A stretch of DNA of 37,700 nt, from contig CAXNAD020000037.1 in assembly GCA_964200185.2 (NCBI GenBank), positions 1 through 37,700 of the forward strand, given 5' to 3'. Shown here in pieces: positions 11,901-23,900 of this stretch. Source of the DNA: Choristocarpus tenellus KU-1152 (lineage: Eukaryota > Protista > Phaeophyceae). The notes under the pieces were generated by a model. The model was not told where the DNA came from, searched no databases, and saw nothing but the letters and a program-made list of their open reading frames with translations. Both the position numbers and the translations under genes were made by a program. Each line of letters begins with the position of its first letter. Position 1 is the first letter of the stretch.

Positions 11901-14900
11901 CCTTTCCTTGACGTAGATCAGGGTTAGGGTTAAGAATTGATTGTACCTTTTTTTGTCTTGTCTGTGACTTAACCCTAAGTAGTTGAGTAGATGAGTCACT
12001 CCTCCAAGAGTGATTGGAGGCGTTTTGAACATTTTCTCGTTTCCTACTCCCAGAAAATCTGATTCTAGAGGATGATGAGTGCCAAGGGGTGGTGGCTTGA
12101 TCCTAACCCTAACCCTATTTCTTTGTGTTGAGAGCAGTATTCTAGCTCTACAGGTAGCATTAATGCATGAGAGGTTAAATATTGAGGTAGTATTAATGTA
12201 CCACTGTACCAGAAAAGAAGGAGGTGGCATGTGTATCTGCCCAAATGGTACAGTGGTGCATGAATACTTTGTAGTTGATACGCTTGGCCAGCTTCTCCTA
12301 TCCTCTCCTGACATGTTGACTTGAGTTTTTCTCCTCACCAGCCAAATCTTGTAGAAATATTCATTGGGAATGTACTTAGCAAGAGTATTGCCTATTGTAG
12401 AGCTATTCACTTAGAAAGAGTATTGTCTGTTAATTTGGCATGTTCAATGAATTCATGCAGGGAGGGTATTCCGTTCTAATCCCTTATGTGTTACTACTAG
12501 TAGTCACTGGTTACCCTTCTCAGGTTTTGAAAAAATGAGCAGCTCACCCTGGGTGGGGTTGCACTTTTACTACTACTACTGCTGCAAATATTAGGTTTGA
12601 TTGAATCGCCTTCATTCAACCAAGTGTGATTGAAGTGTGATTGAAGTGTTGAGTGATGTTTTTTGATCGACCATTTTTAGCATCAATGTGTGCTGCTCAC
12701 TCTGCTTGCTGGGTGCTTGCTGGGTGCTTGCTGGGTGCTTGCTGGGTGTGGTGATTTGTGTTCCTCAATCTGTGCTTTGCATGTACGTTTCGAAAATATT
12801 GAGCTCGTTGCTTTGAAGTTTTTTTTGATAGCTGATTTAACTTCTATTTCCACGTTTTTCAACTTCTGGTTCTCAACACTGTTGATAATCATTACCCATG
12901 GTTCCAATGTATACATTATTCCAGAGTAGTTTTTTTTTGTTTGTAAGGTGGTTGCTGTTCCTACCACTCTATAACTAACAATGTACCACATGTACAATTT
13001 TCAATCCTAACCCTAACTGCAATGTATGGAGTAGGATACCCCACGCTTCTATCATCTTATATCTCCCACGACCATTCCAGTATTAGTCCTGACACACTGA
13101 CAAACACACTTTACAATGTGTCTCTGATCTCTCTTCTGTCCTATCCCCAATCCCTAACCTTAACCCCTACCCCTCACAACTCTTTGCAGTTGCTAGCTCC
13201 GCTGGCGCCTGGGTCCCCGGTCCCGGTTCGCCAGAATCCTGGTTTAGCGGTAGTGACTCTAGGAGTGGGAGCAGGACTGTGGTTCATCGTCTTGTTGTGT
13301 GGGTTCTACCAGATTAGAAAGGTTAGGAATAGGGACTAGGGTTAGGGATTAGTATTATATTTGGCTTTTTCGATATGGTAGTGTAGTATTTTAGCAAAAG
13401 ATGGGCTATCTGATTGATGGATTGATGGTTTGATTGATGGACTGTTGTATGTTGTGCCAATATGTTTTAGAGGTGAAGGTAATTAATGCTGAGGATTTGA
13501 AGTGTGCGTTCCTATACAATAATGGATTAGTATTGACAATGGCATATTGGTGTTGTGTATTATTTTGTTAATATAAGTAGGGTTGGTTGGGAACAGGGTT
13601 AGGGTTAGGGTTATAGCAATCTTTTTTTAAAACTGCAGTATTGAAGTACTCTTGTGTTGTTTATACATAGATCCAGTGTGTGCCCTATGATAGCTTCATC
13701 CACCTTTCAATCCCCAAGCACTATCTTTAGTGTACTGCATTGCCTTGAGATAGCCTCAACCCTATAAAGATTGTCCTGTCATTACTATAGTGCCTTAGCC
13801 TGTCCAAACTCTGAAATCTCCTGGAGTGTACCGTCCTATGTGTAGGTAGGTTCATCATACCTCATCACTCACCCTGGAGTGTGTACTCCCCCGATCCTAT
13901 CCTTTCTTTGCTGGACTGACACAACCCTAACCCTACCCCCTCATCTCTGTAGCAACTATCAATGTTACCTCAAAGCTAGTTGTCTGGTCTACCATACTAT
14001 TGTGGTCATTTTGTCATCTAAGTCCTAATTGTACCTAACATTGATTCAACCACAGTACCAGTTACAGCACAACTTTCTAGACCATTGATCCATTGTACCA
14101 CCTCCCACCCTATTGAATCAACTACCATACCATGGTACCACCATGGTACTAGCACTTCTGGTCAAACCACTGTCCCACCAAACGTACCTCTTTTTTGTAT
14201 ATGATATTTTATGGTTCTACCCCTAACCCTAACACACCCTGTACTGTTTTGTTTGACTGAACCGTAACTTTTCTGTTTAAAAAATATTAATATTTTGACA
14301 GGCACACTACTTCAAGAGCCTTCCTCTGTCCATCGAGAGGTCCATCTACCTCAAGGAAATAGCACCGGTCAGCACTTTTTATCTTTGTATTTTTTAGAGG
14401 TTACACCGATTCAATATTTTCTGTCAATAATGTGTAGGTGTAATTTGAAATACTGGTATTAATATACCAATTGCCTGTGACTTGATCCTGTTTTTGTCAT
14501 TGATCAACCAATGTGAGTAGAAATGTTGGACTAGTTTATTATTTGTTTTTGTATATATACTGTATTAGTTATGATAAAGGTTTGAAGATGAAATGTTATT
14601 CCGTCTTGAGTGTATATGAGATGCGTTGATGATTTGAATTTATATTATTGAGTGTTTTTTTTTAATGCTTAAATCTCTTTGAAACGAGTTACTATTTTTG
14701 TAAATGATTATAAATTTAACTTAAATTAAAAAAAAGTTTGTTCTAGATTATGTATTTACTAATGTTTTGTGTGTTGTTTGTTTTTCTTGTTCATGATAGA
14801 AGCAACAACCCCTAAGATGTGAGTTCTTTCCTCTGTTAGTGTCTTTTGGTTGATTTTGTTATTTCGAGCAACTGGTTATCTTAGCTGTCAAACTAGTATG

Positions 14901-17900
14901 TTGAAGATAATGAACATATAAAAATGGAAGGCTTACCTTTGATTATTTATTTGTGTGTATTTGGTGCTTGTTTTCCTAGATTTTTCTTTGTGGTGTGCCT
15001 ATGGTACCTTCCTGATCTGCGTGTTTTGGCGCACATTTTGACGCACGTTTTGATGCACGTTTTGATTGTAGTCAAGTACAAATTAATTCAACTGTGCATG
15101 GGAGTTTGTGAGCCGTCTTTCTTGCTTTTCTATCATATCAATATATATATATATATATATATTATACCACACCATGTTATTACTAATATAATATATTCAG
15201 GGCGTAGAGTGATGAGAACTTAGGGTTAGGGTTAGGGCTAAAATCCATCAGATACTTAGGTGGTAGAGAAGTGAGACAGGGGTCTTGAGTTAGACCAAGC
15301 AAAGGTTGAAACCCTGGAATCAGCATTTTTACTTGCATGTTCCTGAATACCCAGCTGTGATTGAATGATAGACCAGTCAGAACATGAAGCACTCCCCTGA
15401 TTGACTGGTTGGTTACTGATTGTTTTGGGGTCACTGCGAGCTGGTTGTGCGTCTGACACTTACCTTGTGAAGTACTTGACTGACCACAATGGGTGGTCTG
15501 CCTGTGAAACTCCCACACATGTCTGAATGTAGTCTGGCCCTAAGCATAATTGTCCAACAGATGTAGAATGGGCCCTGTACCTGAAAGAATACTTTTTTGT
15601 TGTTTGATTATTGTGTTATTTGGATTCTAATTGTGTTTGCTGTTTCTATTGCTATTATTATATTAGGCTATTTTAATCTGTATATTTTCTATTATCATTA
15701 ATAGTTAATTATTTGTGTTAGGATTAGGGTTTATTAGGGACTTTTTATGTACTTGATGTGTAGTAGTGTGTACTGACTACTTCGGCTCATTTTTTTGTTC
15801 TTAAGACTTTATGTGCATGTTGCATTTTTTTATGAATGTGTTCCCATACTATATAAGTAGAACACAAACATATATTTATGTATATACACATACATATGCA
15901 CCTCTAGATTTTTTGCAAAAAGTTAAATACTGCTTTTCCCTTTTTGGGGTGGTGGGTTTTGTAAATCTCAGGGAGGCGTGGAGATCCAGCAGGCGCGGTT
16001 CTCATCATGGCTATTGGACAAGTTCCGTGAAAAACCAGACAGTCCCTCGCAACCCACTAAGTGTGGCATGCTCCAGGGGAAGGTAAGTCAAGCACTACCC
16101 ACTTCTTGACTTATGACAAGATTTGATGAGATGTAATGAGATGTGACAACTTCTAGTGTTATATTCCTGTTTTGTGAAGAGACTATTAGATTGAAGAGCT
16201 GATGCAATATATATATATATACATTTATATTATTTGTATGTTGATATGATAGTACCACAAAGCAGTGCATTGGACGTATAATTGTTAAAAGTGGTCTGAA
16301 GCTCTTATTATGTGATAGTACTGCTACCAATACTACAGTGTAATAGTGTTGCACCCTAGCCCTATTTTAAATACTTTTATCACTGTTGATACTTTTAATT
16401 TTGTGACAGCATCTTAGACTTTTGAACAATGTTATCTCAGGGACAGGGGCTATTAAAGTTCATTTTGTTTATTTTTGGGTATTTAAGAAATCCTTCTGCT
16501 GACAGGCACCCACTCCCATGCCTGAAATCTACCCAACCAGTCCTTTGAAAGAGATTGATTCTAGAAGTGAATACAAGCATTTGTCCACATAAGTGTGAAT
16601 CCAACCTTGAGAGTGGTAGAACCAGTATACTATTAAATGTAGGAGAAGGCACTCTCAGGAGAACTGAATAATCAATACCATTCCCCTCCAATGTACATAC
16701 ACACAGGATGTGCCTGATATCAGGACTAGTTAGTAATTCTGTGTTGAAGTCTTTCCGTTGGATTGTTATCATTTGTGAATAGAATGAAGAAACATTGTTG
16801 GTAGGCCATGGACTGTAGGGACTGTTAACATTTGGGTTAGGAGCTTGTGGTGATAGTACTGTTGAATTGATATTGGTTGATAGTTGGGTTGGGGCTAGGG
16901 TTAGGGTTAGGGCGGTTTTCTGATGTAGTGTGTGTATGTATGCTCTGTGTTGGGGATCTGAGAGAGGCACTATTATTATTATTATTATTATTATTAAGTT
17001 GTAGGTGTTAGTATTAGTGGTACTTGTGTTCATGATTATTGTATAGTGGGTGACTCTTTGAGGTGTTGATACTGTAGTTAGTCCCTTGGTGAAATTGTAA
17101 TATCTCATAGTCCTGATGGACAGCACAGGTTTGTTTTTTACTTTAATTAGGTGATCCCTACCATCTTTTTAAGAGTATGGGTTAAATAATAAAGTGCTAT
17201 GGTGTATGTTTTATTTTTTTGTATTTTTGAATAATCTTTTTTTAAATCTCAAGCCCTATTACAGTTTCAAGTCATTGTACTTCCGAGAAATATTGTGTAT
17301 TGTTGTTACAAGTTTGTTCTAACTTAATTTTATTGTGATAACTGTGAACCCTTACCCTAACCCTAACACAGGACCTTTGGCTACAAGGCATGCTAACACT
17401 GGAGACAGTGTACTTGGAGTTCAAGGCTGATGTCCATATCTTTGACCACTTTGTCCATGAGAGATACCACTATCAGGTAATGGGTAATGACACTATCAAT
17501 GATATTAACAGTGTTAATGATAGTAATAATGTTTATGATATTAATGATCATTCACTGATGCAGTCGATGAAGGATAGTGTACTGTTGAAGTTCTACTATT
17601 AATGATGACTGACTGATGCAGTTGGTGAAGGATAGTGTACTATTTATGTTGAGGTCTATGTTTTTTGTAGCGTGTGATATGATGATACCCCAATCTCCAA
17701 CCCTGAAATGTATGATATTGTTATTTTTTGGCATACATACCGTGTGCTAGAGTTAGGGTTAGGGTTATTAGCTAGAGTTATTGATTTTTTATTTACCTAG
17801 AATTGTGATGCAACTTGGTCTATCACCTACTGAGGTAGTATGGTAACAAGAAGCAACCTGCAGTCATGCACACTAACCTTAAGCTGTACTTGATTGATTT

Positions 17901-20900
17901 TGGAAATAAAAATAAAACTTCATTTTAAGAATATTATTGTGAGACTAGTGGTGAGACTAGCGTTAATAAGGTTAGTGGTGGGACTGTGATACTCTTGTAT
18001 ATATATATTTTTATCATTTTTGAACTTGTAAGTAATAAAAATAACTGACAAGAGTACAACCTGCTTCCTGCGTATCAGTTTTTTTTATGCATTTTTTTTT
18101 AATGTTTTTCTCCTGCTTTTTAATAAATAATTTAATAAATGATTTCCAGGATGTGCTTGCTGTAAGGAGGCAAGGGACTAGTTGTATGGTGTTCAAGATT
18201 GTACACCCCACCAAGAGACAACTGGATGACCTGGAGATAGTGTTTGACTTCCAAGATCCCAAGATATGTGCTTCAATGTACAAGGTTGGTTAATGCCTTG
18301 ATGCCTTGTAACAATAATAAAATAATTAGTATGAATGTGCATTTTACTGTTTTTATTTATTCAGCAGTAGAGTCAGAGGTGGTGATGAGTGAATGTGTGT
18401 TAGTGTGTGTGTGACAGGTTGTTTCTATTGGTGGAATTGTTGCTTTTTTTATTATGGGTATGATAGCATGTACAGTGATAGCTTGTACAGTCAAGTTTTT
18501 ATACTTGGAGTGATTGGAAGTACTTGCAAGTGGGATATAGGCACTTGGTGCTCATGTTGTGTTGCATCATGAATACTTCAAGACACATTTGCAATCTTTC
18601 CATTCAATGTTGTTGATAGACCCTAACCCTACAACCTGAATGACAATCACACAGTTGTACCTTTCGTGTGTGTACCTTACAATAACAAATAAGACTTAAC
18701 TCATGTAAGACTTCATCTTCTATATGTACCTTAAATTGACCAAACCTTGTTACTTGTGTACAATTGTACCTTTTCGTATGTACCTCAAAACAACCAACCC
18801 TGATCACTCATGTGTGATTATACCTTTTATGTGTGTAAGATATACCCTAAAGTGACCAACAAGTTGGAATTGCACCCTCACCATCTTACCTTGCATTGCC
18901 ATCTTAGGGGAAGGTTCGTTTTGGCAGTTTCAAGGTTGATATTTTAAAAACCTGTGCAGTATTGACCATAGGCATGCCTGAAATTCCGACAAATTCGATT
19001 GGTAGGGTATGGCTGCAGAAGATAGCATTTGCTGTGTGAACACATTTTTAGCTGATAGTTCCCTCCACAGAGTAGTGATACCTGCCATGAAGACTCAGTG
19101 ACAGTGCCCTCTTAGATGTTATCACTCTTGTCTGCCCTAACCCTAACTACTCAAAACAAGAGAAATGTAATAACAGGTGCAGGGGACACTGTGTAGAGTA
19201 TCTGAATTATTGTGTTGTATCATTCCTAATCTCTTTGTTTTTTATTATTAATGTCCCTGTTTTATGTTGCAATAGTTCCATTTGTATTTTTGTTGGTGTG
19301 AAACCCAACAGTTCAATTAGCCTCAGCACAACTCATTGGAATAGCCCAATATCTGAACTGAACAATTTTGGTTCATTTAAAATAATTAATATGATTCGAA
19401 TAATGACAATTATGACCAAGAGGTGTCTATTAAACATGGATTCTTTTTTTTGGTAATCTGCCCTACTCTTTCTTACTCTTTCTTACTCTTCCTACTATTT
19501 CTACTCTTTCTTACTCTTTCTACTATTTCTACTATTTCTTACTATTTCTACTATTTCTACTATTTCTACTATTTCTACTCTTTCTTACTCTTTCTTTCCT
19601 AACCCACATCACTCTCGATTGGCCTCAAATGCCTTCATCATGCCTCTCTCTTCCAAATCTTCCCATTATTAATCTTTTTGTCAAAACCTTTGTGGGTATT
19701 TGTTTTCAAAGAGGGGGAGAAATCTCTGGAGGCGTGTGGGGAGGAACATGGACCTTCTCCTCAAAGAACGGACTAGGAAGCTGAAGAAACTCAGGAGGGC
19801 TGGCAGGGGAGTTGAACTGGACATGGAAGAACCTGACCTAGTGGAGGTTAGCACTAGAGATAGGATGGGAACAGTAATGTACCTGGGTGTGGTGCCTGTG
19901 GTGCCTTTTCATGGATGATATTTTCCGTTGTGTTATGTTGTGTATTATGTTATTATTTTGTATGTTGAGTTGGTTCTTTGATGTGCCTGAGCAGTGAGGG
20001 CCATTTGTGTTAATGGTGGTATGATGTGGCTTATTCTGGAAGAAGGGATATGTGTTTTTAGGTCTCTCAGAGGGTCACAAGGTGATTCGTTTGTTGTATT
20101 GTAGCAGGTGAGGCCTTCATTGAGGTTTTGTGTTGTTGGGTTAGGGTTAGGGTTAGCATGAGTGCTGTTTAACTGGATGTTTGATTTTAATGTCCTCCCT
20201 ATTTTTTGTTTATGGTAATATGGTTGGTGATATACCCCATCCTACTTTACTCAGTATGATCAGAAGATGGAGGTAACCCTAACCCTAACCCTTACCGTTT
20301 CAAACATTGGTACATCTTAAAGGACATGTTGGAGAAGAAGCATGTTCATTACACTGTGTAGTGTCTACCGATATGATCTGCATGTCTTTGATACATTGTA
20401 TATATATGTTTGTAGGTAGTCCAAAATTAAAATAACATAATCTTGTATTTTGATGGTGATAATTATGAAGAAATATATACATACCAAGTGTATAAGTACC
20501 AAGTATATACATACCAAGTATATATAAATATCAAGTATATATAAATATCAAGTATATAAATACCAAGTATTTAAATATCAAGTATATAATACCAAGTATA
20601 TAAAGACCAAGTATATAAATATCAAGTATATAAATACCAAGTATATAAATATCAAGTATATAAAGACCAAGTATATACATACCAAGTATATAAATACCAA
20701 ATATATACCCGTAGGTAAAACGTGCTTGAGCAGATAATAGGTATTGTACCGTCTATGTAGACCAATAAAACAGTCTGTGTTAAATCTAGCCAATAGGGTG
20801 AGTTGAACTGTCTATATCCATCAAAAGAGTACCCCTCATGTTAGACGCAGTGGTTTCTTTTGCATATCCATTTTTTCTGTGACCATTGGTTTGAGAAGAC

Positions 20901-23900
20901 AAATCTAGTCTGTGATATAATGTTGATATTAAACCACATGAATCCACCAATAGGATGAGGTTATCTGATCGTCACACCGATAGATTCAGGCTGTTTGATT
21001 TCTGCACCAATAGAATTCGCCTATTTGTTTTTGTTCTATGTTTTTTTTACCTATTCATGACCAACACAGTGCTAGCACCTTGCAGCCCCTATAGTTTACA
21101 TCATGCCAATAGTACACCTACCAATCTCTGTGCAACCGGTCTCTCTAACCCTAACCCTAACCCTAACATTTTATTATTTTTTCTGTAACTACCGTCTCTA
21201 TTCATTGTCTCTATTCAATATCTCTATTCAATTCAAGGCCTTCAACAAGGCACGCCGGATGGAGACTAGGGAGCGTCTGGATGATCACATGGTAACCTAC
21301 AAGGAGTGGCAGAAGGTTCTGGAGGGAGTTAAGGTGAACAAGAGTGGGGGTGGGTTTTAGTTGAGATTAGACCGTATCTTATCCATGTGTGTACCTTTTC
21401 ATTACAACTTCGTTTTTGTATGTAATATATGTGAAGTATGGTGCTTGCCTATTCCAATAACCACTGTGTTTTGTATAAGGTACACCCTGTACCCTTTATG
21501 GATTATGTTGGCTTCGTTACCTTGATGCAAGGGTATCATTTTGACTAGTGTTCATTTATGTGGCTTGTTTTCGGAATTATCTCTTCTTTTTTTTCAGAGA
21601 AGCTCTCTTGCTGTAATTCACATAGACCTTTATTAGAATTTACTCCTCTTTTTTTCAAAGATTGAAAAAGAGAATGTTTTTTTGTGTATGGTAGAATTTG
21701 TTGCCATATATGTTTTTTTTTTCTTTTCTTGTAGAGATTTTTTGTTTGTTTGTTTGTTGCTGACTAGCTCGGAACGGATTGGTGCTGTGGATTGTTCCTA
21801 CTGCTCTAACAGATACATGTGTTGACTGAGGGACAAACCCTTCTTTCAACTGGAGAGGAATTCACCTCTGTCTACCATGTTGCTCAGGGGTCCATTGATG
21901 TGAGAGGGAGGGCCTTTGGCTGCATACTACGGTCTTGTCTGGGTATTACATTGTATATTCATTCCTTCTATGTGCCGGGTATGGTGTTGGAACCAGAGTC
22001 GTTGTGTTCTTTAATTCAAAGTAAAACCCTAACCCTAACCCTAAAACTGTGAATGTGCCATTATCAAGATGGGTGGAACCATCGTGTCAGTTTGGATTTT
22101 TTCTCACTACTTTTTTTTTTATTGACCAGTTTTTTTTATTAAGAATACAAATGAGTGAGCTAGTAAAATATTGAAGATAACCTGGGGTTAGGGTCCAAGT
22201 TGAGAGATCGAGACTGAGGTTATTATTTTATCCATTGTTTTTTATTTTTGAGTTGTTGTAGACAAGACTTTAGTAATTTTTTATGTTCATTATTCCAGGT
22301 AAATGAGCAAGTGGACATAGGCTCTACTCTAGGCGACAGTGTGTCTGACCTGTTGGCAACACCCAAGCGTAATGGCCATGCAGCATATGAATCAGATCTA
22401 CATGGGGATGGCAGGGAACAACAGTCCTACGCTAAGGTCAGCTGTGCCAAACTCTTTCATGTTCTGTACTTTTTCAAGCAGGAGGGTGGAGAGGGGGAGG
22501 TGGAGGTGTTCTCTGGTACTAATAGCGAAGGTTGGGTTAGGGTTAGGGTTAGGGTTAGGGTTAGCTTTTTTCTTTGAGGTAGTAAGTTTTTTGGACAGGT
22601 AGGAGGGGGGATTTGGAGCACATTGCGGTTCAGGAGAAAATGCAACTGAGGTAGATACTGAGTGGAAGCCTTCCTTTTGCTTCTTTTTTTGTTTGATTTT
22701 GTTGTACCCTAATTTGTCTGACTAGTTTGCTTCTGAGGTACTGTGAGAGTGGATGTATATGTTTGTTTCAATCATGTTTGATGGTGTTTCATGTACCAAG
22801 TATTTGATATGGACATGCAAAGGTACTATACTGTACCTTAAACTGACTTGAATAGGTGGAAGGGGTCTATGAAGATGTTTAGCATGGTCAGATGCAAACT
22901 TTATATGATTTACTTAATGCATGACCGCAATCACTTAGAACTGATAGGGCAAGCACTTTTCTATTTTAACTTGGGTGTTGCTTATCTCATTCTGACTACA
23001 ACCCTAACCCTAACCCTTATGGTTCAAGGTTACTATTTGTAGGTAATACTTTATGTATGAGTGTATTTTTATGTATGTATATGTTTATGTTTTTGTCAAC
23101 CAAAAATCTGTCTACACTGTCCTTAGCCCCATTTCTATCCCCTTGGAAGTATTCACGTTGTCAAAAGAGGTGATGTGATGTGTACATGGACACTGTCTTC
23201 ATCTCTAACCCTAACCCTAACCCTAACCCTTATGGTTTTTGTGTTGTTTGGCAGGCGTTGGCGAAGCGGCAAGGAGTGAATCGGATGGAAGAGGTGCATC
23301 AATTTGACCCAATAAAACTTAAATGGATTCCTTGTGTTGATGAGTTGTATGTATGTATGCATGCATGCATGCATATATTTGCAAGTTTACTGTATGTGTG
23401 TATGTGTGTATGTGTTGTGCTTGTGGTATAATGATATTCTGATATGAATGGACATGACTCTGTTTAGATACAAACAACTCTAACCCAATAATATTTATAA
23501 TAAAAGCAGTAGTATAGTTGATGTCATACCACTGCACCAGGTTTCATGTTGATTTAAGTGTATTGTTATTTTTATGTTCAGTCACTTCTGATGCATTTTT
23601 TGTCTTATTTGTGTATGTCCTGCTGGCTACTTGGTTAACCCTAACCCTATGTGGTTAAGGTTGAAGGTATGAACTAGTTTCACTGATGTCACTGGTGTGA
23701 ATAATTTCACTATCCCTAACCCTACGGATATTTTCGCTGACAAGATTAATGTCATAAATAATGTCATGATTAATAATATCACAGGATTCTCAAATTGAGT
23801 ATGAGGACCCAGAGGATGTTCACAATAATATTTTACAAGATGACAGTGGATCGTCTGAGGTAAGTAATATAATTCATTATAGGGTTAGGGTTAGTTCTAC

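Noticed and set aside
8731-14367. Cyclic-nucleotide-gated or K+ channel call for the main gene
   Set aside because: Only ~4 TM segments, with no S4 Arg repeat and no pore-loop (TxGYG-like) motif visible.
16437-17126. 229-aa minus-strand ORF, the longest in the track
   Set aside because: Antisense to a T/G-rich intron; includes (ATT)n and telomere-repeat translations, with no domain.
22482-22530. Possible exon EGGEGEVEVFSGTNSE after a 45-nt intron
   Set aside because: Its best donor gives phase 1 and breaks the frame at exon 23785; direct joining 22436^23255 reads well (SYAK-ALAKRQG). An alternative shorter form cannot be excluded.
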